Of a DNA stretch of 64,000 nt, positions 51,282 to 64,000 are shown piece after piece. The position numbers and the translations under genes are program-made. The notes under the pieces are model-generated. The model was not told where the DNA came from. It saw nothing but the letters and a program-made list of their open reading frames with translations, and did no database searches. The first letter of the stretch is position 1. Each line of letters starts with the position of its first letter. The DNA is from the human T2T-CHM13v2.0 reference genome, Homo sapiens. The stretch lies in NCBI RefSeq assembly GCF_009914755.1, contig NC_060927.1, one strand, 5' to 3'.

Positions 51282-51657
51282 TGTATTAGTCCATTTTCAC
51301 ACTGCTAATAAAGACACACCCAAGACTGGGCAATTTACAAAAGAAAGTTTTCTTGGACTTACAGTTCCACGTGGCTGGGAGGCCTCACAATCACAGTAGA
51401 AGGCAAGGAGGAGCCAGTCACATCTTACATGGATGGCAGCAGCCAACGAGAGAGAGAATGACAGCCAAGTGAAATGGGTTTCCCCTTATCAAACCAACAG
51501 ATCTCGTGAAACTTATTCACTACCACGAAAACAGGATGGCGGAAACCATCCCCATGATTTAATTATCTCCCACTTGGTCCTTCCTACAACACATGGGAAT
51601 TATAGGAGTACAATTCAAGATGAGATTTGGGTAGGAACACAGAGCCAAACCATATCA
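51282..51657 (-). mobile_element. THE1A/B-like MaLR solo LTR
   Basis: tgtattagtccattttcacactgct...gatgagatttgggtaggaacacagagccaaaccatatca; TSD ttctg/ctctg. Confidence 0.95.
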
Positions 51658-52211
51658 CTCTGTAACACATATACAAAATCTATCAGCTCTACTGATTTCA
51701 CTACTCTGGTGACACTTGCCCTACCCCTGGCTTGTGGAGTCTACTTGCAAGAGTTGCTCTCTACTAAACAGATTTTCTTGGTTTCTATGGTAACACAGGG
51801 AAGAAATATCTGCAACTAGGTGGAGGCACTAACTGTCTATTCATGGTGCCTTGATGTGACTGAGACTGTAGGTGACCAGTTCCAAATACAGTTTGAGTTG
51901 TCTTGAAGAATTTTGATTTCATTTTTGTTCTTATGCCTGTCATCTCCAAGTCTACTAACTTTGATTCCTGAAAGAATATTTAAGATCCAATCTTCTTGAT
52001 CATTCTACCTGGCCAATGTATAATTCCAAGTGGAATATTCAAAATTGAAAACACTGTAGAGGAATAAGTATGCATTACAAAGAATAAAACATCTTTCTTA
52101 ATCTCTGAAGAAACAAATAATGATCTCCTAAAGGATGAAACAATTGCAATGTTCTCTAGAATGTAGTAAGTTTAAAACTTACCTTCAAACTTGGTAAAGA
52201 GAAAATCTGGG

Positions 52212-52372
52212 GCCTTGCTCTTTAGGTGTGGTCTGTGGGCCCACAGCACAGGCATCAGCTGGGAGCTTGCTAGAAGTACAGACTCCCAGACCTTGCCCCA
52301 GACTTACTGAATCAGAATCTTTATGCAATTCTTGGGTTATTAATATGCACACAAATTTTAAGGAGCATTGTG
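52212..52372. mobile_element. MER5A remnant
   Basis: gcatcagctgggagcttgctagaa...ccccagacttactgaatcagaatct. Confidence 0.8.
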
Positions 52373-53504
52373 CCCGAGTGCTGAAGAAAACCCCCAGAGC
52401 CTATCTTGGCAACAGTGAAGATCTATGGAAAGTCAAAGGCAAACATGGATCCTCTCACCGTCTCCCACCCCTTCACCACCAGAGCAGTTTGGCTTTAGTC
52501 TGTATCTTTTTTATATTGAGGTCCCATATCAAACTTTAAAAATGTAACCTATTGCTTACAGAATGTTTAAAAATCATCCTTCAATGTAGTGAGCAGAATT
52601 ATCTTTAGTCCAAAAGTAACCTAAAATATTTCCCAACCTGTAGGCTAGGGCTGCTGGTGGATAGACTCACCCCCACCACCCACACCTGCTTTGTCTGGAG
52701 CCTCAATTCTTAACATCTTACAGTATTTTAAAAATACTTGTAGATGCCATTAAAATAATGAAACATACTCACTTAAAAGTGGAAATTAAACAAAGAAGGA
52801 CAGGGCTATCTAATAAAAGCTTGATAGTGCTCAGCAAATGGAGAAACAGAGAAGGAAGAATAGCAACTGAAATCTAAATCATAGAAACTGGAAGAAGAGT
52901 GGTTTTCAACCAGCAGATGGTCAGCAGTGGCAAATATTCGGAGAAGAGACACAGGAAAAAATGTGTTTAGGAGATACTAAAATGTAACTTCCATGCACAG
53001 TTTTCAGTTGTCGATTTATTTGTCTGTCACAGGAAGCAGAATACCGTGGGTTGTGTCATTTTATAACCATAATAATGTTCTGAGCCAAACCAGCTGCCTC
53101 GGCCTGTTGCTGTGACCTCAAACGCAACAGATGAGGACTGAGAAAGGAACATTGGATTTGGCAATTAGGTGGTTATTAGAAACCACGGAGAGAGCAGCTT
53201 AAATGAATAATAAAAATGAACTCCAAACTGCCTGGGGGTGAGAAAGGGAAGCTAGCACAAGGGCAAATTTAGATACTTTTTCACTCCAACAAAAATTTTG
53301 CTAAGAAGAAACAAAAAGTAGTTTGAATAGATACCAGATTTAGGGATAATTTTTTTAGATGCTGGAAAGATAAACAAGTTTGTATATTGAGGGAAACAAA
53401 AACAATAGAGAAAAGGATTGAAGAGGGAAAAAATAAAAAGGATGGAACTAGTTCTTATGAGAGACTCACTGGCATAGGTGGAAAATGGAATTATTTCTGC
53501 TCTA

Positions 53505-54630
53505 CTCTTTTTATGACAACTATTTTATTATGAAAATGCTTAAACATATAGTGAAGTTGAAAAAATGTTTCAGTGAACACCTATATATGCACCACTATAT
53601 TCTACCATGAAGATTTAACTCTATTTGATCTATCATATGTCTATTTACTACTCAACCCTTCCATTAATCCACTTATTTTTGATGCATTCTGATGTAAATT
53701 GCTTTCCACTAAAAACTTTGTTATGAATTTCATTAATAGAAGTTTAATATTTATTTGGCTGTGTAGCAATATCTGTGGGGTGTGTAGTAATATCTCATTG
53801 TGCTAATAGTGTTGGGTTTTGTTTTACATTTTAGTATTAGAAGGTGATTTTCCATGTCACCGTATTACAGCCCTTTTGACAGATTACAATTATTAGTTTA
53901 CGTTTGTCACCTCACCTAGAATGAACTCCTTACAGACAAGGCTGTGTTGTATCATTCAAAAGAATTTTTTAGGTCAAATTTATATACAATGAAATGCAAA
54001 TTTCACATGTACATTAACTGAGTTTCAACAAATGTGCATGTTTACATAACCCAAATTCCTATCAAGATTAGAACCTTCCCACCACTCCAGGTAATTTCTT
54101 CATATCTATTCCCAGCCAATCCCACCTCCACACACCCAGAGTCACCCAGCATTCTGATGTTTTTCCATGTAGATCATATTTGCCTGTTCTAGAAGTTTAT
54201 ATAAATGGATTAGTGCAGTATGGATTCATTTGTACAAGGCTTTCTTCACTCGTCAAAATGTTTTCAGAGGACATTCATACTGCTGGGTGTAGCAATAGCA
54301 CATTGCTCTTTATTGCTGAGTAGTAATTCATTGTTTAGCCATTCTCGAATGAGAGACTTCTAGTGTACCCAAAGCGGCTTTGAACACTCTTGTACAAGTC
54401 TTTTTAGGAATATGTTTTTTCACGTATCTTGAGTAAATACTTTGAAGCAGAATTACCGGGAGTGATAGTAGTTGTATATGAAAAGAAACAGACATACCTT
54501 TTTCCAAAATACATGTACCATTTTACCTTTCCATCAAAAATGTATGAGAGGTCTTCTTCCTCCAAATCCTTCTGACATGTATTACTTTTGGCCTTGCCAT
54601 GCTGCTGGGGGTGTAGTAATATTCTCACTG
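53505..54630 (-). mobile_element. L1MD-type 3' end, interrupted by a local duplication
   Basis: ttttattatgaaaatgcttaaacata...cagtgaacacc; ggtcaaatttatatacaatgaaatgca; tttattgctgagtagtaattcattg. Confidence 0.75.
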
Positions 54631-54788
54631 TGCCAATAATGTTGGGGTTTTATTTCACATTTTTGTATTAGATGGTAATCTTCCATAGCACTCATATTAT
54701 AGCTCTTCTAACAGAAGATTGTAATTGTTCTTGTTTGTCACCTCACCTAGAATGAACTCCTTACAGACAAGGCCGTGTTGTATTATTC
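53776..54788. repeat. Dispersed direct duplication of ~180 bp (53776-53957 and 54606-54788)
   Basis: Alignable by eye along the whole length, including a 41-bp identical core. Confidence 0.95.
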
Positions 54789-55871
54789 TTTATTTTTTTG
54801 CTAGTATTTAGCCCGGTGACTGTGTTCAATAAATGCTTGTTTAATTTAATTGAATCAAACATGTTCCTGCTGGCAGTTCTAGCAGTGGAGAAGTCAGCAT
54901 GGAAGCATCTCCCTCCCCCTTCTCGTCTGTTTTTAGAGGATCAGTTTGCCAGTGGCAGTATGAATACAGAAAAGAATGACAGTCCCACAGTAGGAAAAAC
55001 AGCATGGTATGTTCCAACTGAAAGCAGATATAAGCTGGGAGTTGACTCTTCCTAATATTTAGATACATATTTCAGAGTAAAACGACTCGGAGGTAAAAAT
55101 TTCAGGTGGGTTTTTATCAATTATATTTCAGCCATCTGGATTTTTGCTAATAGATACCACAGACAACTACAATGTGGATAATAATCAGAAAGTAAAGCAC
55201 AACTTCCAGGGAATAACAAAGCGTATTTTATTTCCTTGAAAACAGCACAAAGCTGAAGGCTAAAGGCTGTTTTATTTGTATGCAGTAATCCACAAGAAAT
55301 GTGATAAAATCTTTGAAGCGTATTATGTTCTTGTGACATACCAAAAGAAAAAAAAAAAGAAAATCAAAGCAGCAACACAGCTTTGGCTTAGAAACATCTG
55401 AAAATAGTCATATACAATGCCTCTGAGTTTATTCATACAAGATTGAAACATTATTTGTCAATTTACTTCCAAGAGCACATGGATGAGAAGCAAACTTTAC
55501 AAAAAAGTATAAGGATGAGAAATGTGGAATGATTTGTGAAATTATGACAAATCAAGAAATTCTTTTGTTGTAACAAGGAAATAGATGATATGTTAGAAAC
55601 ATTTTCAAAGAGAAAGGTTATGATTTGCATTATCCCTAAGTACTTCTGGTCCACAGTATTTTTCAAACATTTATGAAATATTAATATATAACCAGGTACC
55701 AGGTACCAAGATCTGATATATGCCATTCAGAATATGATATCTGAGAATGAAGCGATTCTACCTGTTAGAGTTCTTTTCACGTTTCTTCTCATTCCTCTGC
55801 TAAGATTTGAAAGAGAGTACTCTAATCAGGAGAAGGGAAAAGTGGATTATGAAAATACATTGAATGCCTTC

Positions 55872-56250
55872 TATGGCAGGCTCTACTAGTTGTCCACAAA
55901 ATGTTTTTCTTTCTGGAATGGCTCTAGGCCATTGGTGAGACACGGGCTATATTTTGTAACCCTCCTTGCATTGAAGAATAACCATATATTGATTCTCGGG
56001 AGAAAAATGTGAACAAAAGTGATGCAGACTACCTTCAGGGCAAAATTTTAATGACGAAAACAAGGCTTCTCTGCTGTATGTCTTTCCCTAGGTTTGAAGG
56101 AAGAGGATTCCACGGTGCTTGGACGGTAAATCTACAAGGTAAAAGAAGTAAAGTCCTCTACTCATACACAGACAATATGCAGCCTTCTTACCAGGAATAC
56201 CTGCACTCGACTGTTGAGTGATGACTTTTATTTTGTTAAACTACTGATGC
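55872..56250 (+). mobile_element. Old MLT1 (J-like) LTR
   Basis: ctatattttgtaaccctccttgca...tgtgaacaaaagtgatg...ttttattttgttaaactactga. Confidence 0.6.
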
Positions 56251-56537
56251 TTTACTAACTATAAAACAAAGGGCCAATGGTGACCTTTGTTACTTCAATA
56301 TTCTAACCAAGTTTGCACAGCTTAGAACAACAACAAAACAACAAAACTAGGATTTTAACCCAGGTCTGCCCGGCTTCAAAATCCAGACTACAAATTTACT
56401 CCATTCATCATCGTAAGTCATAATATAAACTTTCCAGAAGTATAGGAAACCTTAGAGATAATTAAGTGCAAAGTTGCTGATTTTATAAAAGAAAACTGTG
56501 TTTACGTGATTTAGTGGAGTTCACACAGGTCTCCAAG

Positions 56538-57400
56538 TGAAAAAAGAAAAGTTCCCTTGTCCACCTCGCAGGGCGTGCAATGGGGGTGTGACTCACTTCT
56601 TCAGTGCCCTGCTACTCAAACGTCTAGGGGGGCATACAGACCGGCAGGCTGTAGGGCTCCGACTCCACAGCAGTGTCTAGGGGTGAATGTTTACAGCTCC
56701 TGAAGCCCCAGTGGACATGTGTTACAGGGTGCTCTGTAGTTTTGCTCTTTTAGTTTGCCGTCTATAGGCGGCTTGTATTAACCGGCTCAATTAGACCCTC
56801 TACCTTGTTGCAAGGACAGAGGGCTTTCTGTATCCCGGGTTCTTGCCTTGGTGTACTGGAAGAGCCGGATCACATCTGGGCTTGAAGAAGGAGTGCAAGG
56901 TCTTATTGAGTAGAAGTAGCTCTCAGCAGATGGGGGAGCCAGAAGGGAAGTGGTTTACCCCTGGAGTTGGGTCGATAGGTGGCCCAGGCTGTCCTCCCAC
57001 TGTCCCAGCCACACTCCACGTCCTTCTGCTAGTCAATGGCCTGCCGGCGTTCCGGTGCCTGTCAGTGTGCTCTTCTGCCGGTGTGAACCCCTCAACGTCC
57101 TCCTGATGTCCAGCCACTTGGTCTTCTTCCGTTGATGTGTTCCTCTGCCATCCAACAGTTTCTGCCTGCCTGCTAGGGTCTCGGGGGTTCTTATAGGCCC
57201 AGCACTGGGGCATGGCAGGCCAGGGTGGTCTTGGAAAATGCCTACATTTGGGCGCCATGGCAGAAGTGCTTGTCCTAACCTAGGTCCCTAGGAGTAGAGT
57301 CCTAGCCAGGGACCACACCCTCCTCTACCTAGCACTTCCCTTCCCCACTTCCATATCATTTAAAGGGACCACGCTCTTCCCTTCCCAGCACTCCCTATCA
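56538..57400 (-). mobile_element. LTR1-family ERV1 solo LTR
   Basis: tgaaa...gttcccttgtccacctcgcagggcgtgc...gtgtctaggggtgaatgtttacagctcctgaagccccag...tatca; flanks caag/cagg. Confidence 0.9.
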
Positions 57401-57473
57401 CAGGCAACAAATTTGGGAAAAGCAGATCCAATATGCTTTTACTACATCATAATATTGAAATGAGAAATATTTG

Positions 57474-57660
57474 TTTAAAAATTAATAAATATAATTTTTT
57501 AATATTTTTTATAATTTATATAATTATAATAATTTTTATATTTACATTTAAAATATATAAATTTTTATAATTTATATAATTATAATACTTTTTATATAAT
57601 TGTAAAAATTATAATAATTTTTATAATTATAAAAAGGCTCCATTTATAATATATATGAAT
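57474..57660. repeat. AT-rich low-complexity tract with internal duplication and palindrome
   Basis: tttttataatttatataattataata occurs twice; perfect palindrome tttttataattataaaaa at 57618-57635. Confidence 0.9.
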
Positions 57661-57904
57661 TAATGCAAGGAAGTAATTTTCATTATATTTAGAATTTATC
57701 CCTGACTTTATTACAAAAATATGTTTACTCAGAAAGGACAGAAATAGCTTTGCATGTCACTTTCTCTTCTTGTTTATCATGTGTCTTCTGTTTTATGTAT
57801 TTGTAAGCGTTTTACCCACTGGAAGAAGGCTTATAATTACTTTAAAGCTACTGAGTTTTCATCATGTCATGCATAAAATACCGTAGAGTGAAACAACTAT
57901 CCTT

Positions 57905-58075
57905 CAACATAGAATCATGAATTGTAGCCATTCAGAAAACTTTTAGAGCTCTTATGTTATAAACTTCTTATTTTACAGCTAAGGAAACTGAGGCTCAGAG
58001 AGTTGAAATAATTTTCCTAAATATACAAAACGAATTATTCATAAAGCTGAAATGGACTGCAGATATCAGCCTTTT
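57905..58075 (-). mobile_element. MIR remnant
   Basis: Core attttacagctaaggaaactgaggctcagagag. Confidence 0.8.
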
Positions 58076-58928
58076 TTCCTACCTTACACCCTCAAATATG
58101 AAATAAAATACTAATTTTAGAATTTTTTGGTAACAAATATACCCAAATCAAAATCAAAAAATCATAGAAATTAAGAAAAATAATAGGGTAATACATCTCA
58201 ATTTGGATATTCATCATAGTAAGAAAAAGTCATGGTAATCAAAGAGATTATGAGACAATACTTGTAAAATTGACATTAATATCTACTAATAAATGTGTAG
58301 TGTAACACTGGTTCCATTACTAAGATTCCACATAACAACTATCTTTATTATGTCCATGATTCTAGTGTAGTTATAGTCTTTTCAGGTCTACTAAAAGAAG
58401 GCTTTGTTCTAGTTATAAGAAAGTATATATAAACCTTGTTATCTGGTTTTTTTCTAACACAATTCCCATGAAGTATCATCAAAAAACACTATGTCAGAGA
58501 GAACAAAACCTCCCACAAGTCTCTTGCTCATTGTGCAATTATCAAAAACAGTGGTAAAATCTATGCACATTTGTTTCCAATTTCAGTTTAAGGGACCAGG
58601 CTATGAAATCATAAATCATGAGTCTCTGTAACCATCTTGCTGGATGAACACCAGCATGACAAACCCTGGAGTGCTCATTAGCCCAAAGTTTTGGCTGCTC
58701 AGGACTCACATCAGTTACCCAACAGTGGGTGTTTGATGGGAAAAGTCTTTGCAGGGGTTTCTGAAAACTCCACTACTGAACATTTGCCAACTATAGAATA
58801 AAAGCATGTGTTAGTCTTCCAGAAAGAAAATGAGCATTTATTTTCATACTATTATTGAACGCCTGACAGATGCAATTATGAAAGTTCTCTGAATAGGGAT
58901 AGGAGACTGCTATAGGACAGAGACTTAA

Positions 58929-59273
<345 letters not shown>

Positions 59274-59729
59274 TGGCTTATCTTTCTTATTAGATCATTG
59301 CATTCGGTGGACTTAAGTGCAAATGTTGAAAGGCACTGAAGTTTGGTGTGTTTTGCCTAAGAACACAGAGAAAGTAAATACAAAAATAAATAATAATGAA
59401 TATAATTAAGACTATGGAGAATCCAGCTGAACTGGAATAAAAAGAACCCTTAATTAAACTAAGCTCTAATTTTCCAAGGCCAAAATTTAATAATTTGATG
59501 GGGGTCATTTCCAAACTACCAGGATCAAATGGTTACTGGCGATCTAAGCTGCAAGAGGTAAAGGACCATTATCTAACCTTACTTTTCTTTACACTGTATT
59601 TATGGAAGCCAGCATTATTTTTTAGTCACAACTGAAACTAGAAACTTTTACCTTGGGCCTCAGAGAGCATCTAACTCCACCACCTTCCCAAAGGAACAAA
59701 GATTTTGGATAGAAGTGTTGCACCTGCAA

Positions 59730-60040
59730 GGCCGGGCACTGTGGCTCATGCCTGTAATCCCTCCCACTTTGGGAGGCCGAGGCGGGCAGATGACCTGAGG
59801 TCAGGAGTTCGAGACCAGCCTGGCCAACCTGGTGAAACCCTGTCTCTACTAAAACTACAAAAAAATTAGCCAGGCGTGGTGGCATGTGCCAGTAATCCCA
59901 GCTATTCGGGAGGCTGAGGCAGGAGAATCGCGTGAATCTGGGAGGTGGAGGTTTCAGTGAGTCGAGATCATGCCACTTTTGCACTCCAGCTTGGGTGACA
60001 AGAGTGAGACTCCAACTAAAAAAAAAAAAAAAAAAAAAAA
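59730..60040 (+). mobile_element. AluS (Sq/Sp-like) SINE
   Basis: Full Alu with poly-A; TSD aagtgttgcacctgc at 59713-59727 and 60044-60058. Confidence 0.97.
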
Positions 60041-61734
60041 GGAAAGTGTTGCACCTGCTAAATGTTCAACAGTTACTGGTTTTGAGAGACAATTGGGAAA
60101 ATTTGCCTCATCCTATACTCTCATTTTTCATTGCCCAAATTTAGTTCCTTTCCTAAGTGGGTCCTTCTGCTACACTACTACTAAATTCCTCTGCTATGGA
60201 AGGAACACTGAATATCTCACTGATACAGCTCTTTATCCTACATAGCTGTAGAGTCTGATGGCCCCAATTTCTCTACATTCAGAGACATCTTTCTAATATT
60301 CAGATTACAGTTGCTTTGCTTTGCCTTACATATGGGAGCTGGTTGTTTGAGACAGAGGTATGTTATATGGAGGCTGTATCTGAAGCTTCAAGATCATTTT
60401 AGTATTTAGAAACTCGAATGTACTGCCAGTTACTGTAAAAGGAGCAGATTTGAGAGTTTCCAAAACTTTAGAAACAATGTCTTCTCTATAAAATTAGTGA
60501 TGAAAAGTAGTCTACCCAGATGTTTGGCTTCCAATGGCCATTTCAACACTTTGGATTAAGTCATTGTTGGCTGCCTACAATAGCCACAGAACAGGCCTGA
60601 CTAGCAACCTGGATTCTGAAGCTGAGTAGGACTGGCAAAGGGGTAGATCCTGCAAGTTCTCAGTAAGCTTGTTGCCTCTGTTAATTAGACATCTAGTCTC
60701 TATAAATCAAGACTTTAAGAATAATCTCTGGTATCCTCAGTTGTGCTACACATAACACCCACTGGAGGAAAAAAATGAGCAAAATGATAGAAAATATATT
60801 CACTATATCAATGTGATCATGAAATAATGTAATGTGAATTGGGCACTTTACAAGTATGATCGTCCTTATGGGATGTGATTCTATGGATGAGAGAATAGAA
60901 AGTGACTGACATTCGCTTGTTAAATGCTTTAGTGAATAGACAGGATGCTTACTTTCACTTGAGCATCACGAATTGTTTTGATGCAACATGATTCTGGAAC
61001 ACAGATGTCAGGCAAATTATGCCTTTTAGGTCTGGCCCCTGGCCTTTCTAAGTTCCACGGAAATGTGGGATGATTTTCTATTCCAAATTAGCTAGGGCAA
61101 AGCGGAGAGGATTCTGAAGGAGGCATCTTTGCAAGAAGAGTGTCTTTCACGATTTAATTTCCATAGCAATTTAAGGAAATGGTGTGGGGGCGGGGACAGG
61201 CAGCGAGATGGTAGAATAATTGCTCGGATCTGACAGGGTGTGAGAAAGCTGAGCAGTTTCATGTGCATAATATTAACCTCCACACATTTCCAAAATGGCC
61301 TCTTTATTCAGCAAGAATATTCTCAACATCTATGAATAGCGATTTTGAAACTGAGTGGCATTATGACAGGTCAGAAAATGCCACAGGGCATAACAATATA
61401 TATATTTTCAAACTCAATCTGAAGTTTCTTGTAACATCAAGTTAAGTGGTTTTAAAATATATACTGACATCTCTCAAAGATTATAAACTTGTAGTTACTT
61501 CTGCCTTCTGTTTTATTAGAAATTCACAGTGACAACAGTCAAAATAAAATCTGACTATGGCTATACACTAAGATGATTCTTTTACATGGAATTTAAACAT
61601 GTAAAAAGTGGTAAAAATTTGGTTGTTAGACAGAATTCAGTCTTTTATAAAATAGCCTGTGTTTATGAAGATGGCTTTATGTATTACACGGAAGATACAA
61701 GGTGATAGTACTTCAAATAATAACTATGAGGTCA

Positions 61735-61980
61735 GGTGAAGAAGTGACTAGAGCATTACCTTTGAAACCAGATTCATGGGGATGTTAGTCCCAGTTCTGC
61801 CACTCACTGACAATGAGAATTGGGTGAATCAGTTAACCTCCTGGATCTCCATTTCCTTGTTTGCAACAACAACAATAATACCACTTTATAGGATTATCAA
61901 GAACACCAGTTTCAGCATAGGTGAGGTTTATCTCACAAGACCATATTATAGAAGGCACTCAATAAATGCTTCTTCTTATT
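61735..61980 (+). mobile_element. MIR remnant
   Basis: gtcccagttctgccactcactgac...ttaacctc...ggcactcaataaatgct. Confidence 0.75.
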
Positions 61981-62257
61981 TATTTTCATCCACAAAGAAC
62001 CACATACTTTTTTTCATTCTGCCTGCCTCATAAAATTAGATAATAAGATTACAATTTATTAAATGAATAACGTGATTCTTATTTTCTTGATCATTAAAAA
62101 AATAAGTTAACTTCAGGTGAAATAATGTTGACCAAATTACAATTCTTAGTTCACTTGGTAACATAGTTGCTGACTCACTGACTCCTTCTGTGCTATAAAC
62201 ACAACCTGAGTCCTTCTGAGAATAATAGCTTGAAACTTAAATTTAAAATTAGACAGG

Positions 62258-62465
62258 GCAGCCTGGGCAACATAGCAAGATTTCATCTTTACACAAAAAT
62301 GAAATATTAGCTGGGTGTGGTGACACACATTTGTGGCCACATTTACTCAGGAGGCTAAGCTGTGAGGATCACTTGAGCCAGGGAGGTCGAGGCCGCAGTT
62401 GGTTGTGATTGGGCCACTGCACTCCAGCCTGGGTGACAGAGTGAGACCCTGTCTCAAAAGAAAAG
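62258..62465 (+). mobile_element. 5'-truncated AluJ
   Basis: J-type gaggatcacttgagcc and gagaccctgtctc; TSD taaaatta(g/a)acagg at 62244-62257 and 62466-62479. Confidence 0.92.
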
Positions 62466-62614
62466 TAAAATTAAACAGGAAAAATGTTTTAAAATGCATA
62501 TTGATTGGATGAATCAAAATATTAAAAAAGTAGATCCTAGAAAATAGTTTTTGGCATTTCTATCTTTAAAAAAGGGGATTTTAGGTAAAATGACTACTTT
62601 TATTTCAGAGACAA

Positions 62615-64000
62615 AAAAAAAATCAAGCTCAATTTGGATCACTCCACTCCTTAGGCTAAATAGCTATCGGCCTCTCCACAGCATGTGACAAAATGCCCAA
62701 ATTCTTACCTGCACATTCAATAAATTGTCCCATTGTTTCTACTGTCCATAACTTTGTTCCATTGTTTCTTCTACTACATTTTCCACACATCATTTATATA
62801 TACCAATGTGTCATTCAAAATGAGCTTCTCATTTCACACATGTCATAATCGAAGACCTCTGTGGATGCAATCACTGTGTTTAGAGTATTTTAGAATCTCC
62901 TTTACCATTCTCATGCCATCTACACATATTAATCACATAAATTCCTAAAATGTCAGTGCAAATAACATGTTCTCCTCAAATCCATTCCAAATTTACATTC
63001 CTTCTCTGAAATCTTAGAGAAATTCTTCCTCTCTCTCTCTCAATGGATTATGATGGGAGATTTTATCTCTTTTTGTTGTATTACATTTGCTTATTTGTGT
63101 CTTTCTACTACATTATAAAATCTTAATAGCAGAAACCATGTAATTCATCTCTATCTGAATAGGCAGGAGTGTAAAGTTGAAAGGTGCAGATCTTAGAGAA
63201 AGACCTTCCCAGCTTGGACACACATTTCATTGACTACTGTGTGGCATTGAACAAATTACATCTGCTCTCTTAGCCTTACCTTCTTTGCATAAAAATTCAT
63301 ACAGTTAAAAAAAAACGAGTGAATGTACACTTTCCTAATTTAGAAGCAGTGAAGGTAAGGGAAAAAAACCCAATTGTTCTGCAAGATTTGAAATTGTTCA
63401 ATGGTTAAAAACAAACAAACAACAAACAAAAAACTATCAAAGAGCTATTTCTTATTTCCAGATTGTTTACCAAAGCTGCTTTTCAGAAAACCGAAGGGAA
63501 AAGTTGAAAACGGCATGGAAAAGGGCAAAGAGCTTTGGAGTGACAGACAAGAAATCTTAGCAAATGTGGCCCTGATTCTACTACTTGACGGCTGTGTAAT
63601 CTCAGGCAAAACCTTCACCAATCGAAACTTCACCTTCCACCTCCCCAATATGAAGTGAGGGTATGAGAGGTATTAAGTTCTTACAGATTTTTCCCCCTGT
63701 GGTAGTAACAGTTGTCCAGTTCAAACTAGAGGCAAATAATAAGAACCAAGGAGCAAGTAGAAATGCCCAACTCCCACTTCGAGGTCAGAAGACCGCAGTG
63801 TAAGCCATTCCAGAAGCTCAGATGTCATTTCCACAACAAAGCCTTCCTTAAAGCTACTATCTAGCCCAAGGCAGAGTACTCCTTCTGCTATGAACCAATT
63901 TTTGTTTGTACTTTTTCGCTATCACTAATCACCTTGTATTTTCTTATCTACCTAGTATGTCTGTTTCCTCTCACAATCTATGGATTTCTTGAGGATATGG
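62615..64000 (+). mobile_element. Mosaic of L2 and MIR remnants with short unassigned gaps
   Basis: L2-like ggatcactccactcctt and aacatgttctcctca; MIR-like ctgtgtggcattgaacaaattac and ggctgtgtaatctcaggcaa. Confidence 0.55.

Noticed and set aside
63687-63799. Possible exon (ttacag ... gtaagc)
   Set aside because: Weak pyrimidine tract, lies among MIR/L2 remnants, no supporting ORF.

Overview
Primate (probably human) AT-rich, gene-poor genomic DNA, either intergenic or deep intronic. I recognise no protein-coding gene, tRNA, rRNA or CRISPR array. The longer ORFs in the track that resemble anything are decayed L1 ORF2 or Tigger1 transposase fragments, Alu or LTR read-through, or microsatellite translations. 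About half the window is interspersed repeats: L1 (L1PA, L1PB, L1MB and older L1M), five long Alus plus a tiny fragment, a near-full-length Tigger1, Tigger2a, MER5/MER58, MLT1/THE1/MER21/LTR1 solo LTRs, L2 and MIR. Family names come from remembered consensus sequences, not a database search, so subfamily calls and the edges of old elements are approximate. I did not find a convincing new biological system. The most notable observations are: (1) a ~490-bp insertion with a perfect 17-bp TSD, AATAAA and poly-A whose cargo is ancient L1 debris, i.e. an orphan transduction or retrocopy; (2) two short L1 3' transductions; (3) a twin-primed L1; (4) several fold-back (template-switch) hairpins at repeat breakpoints; (5) a local duplication containing a 41-bp perfectly identical core; (6) deep transposon nesting; (7) repeat-free, motif-rich enhancer candidates, including RFX X-boxes.
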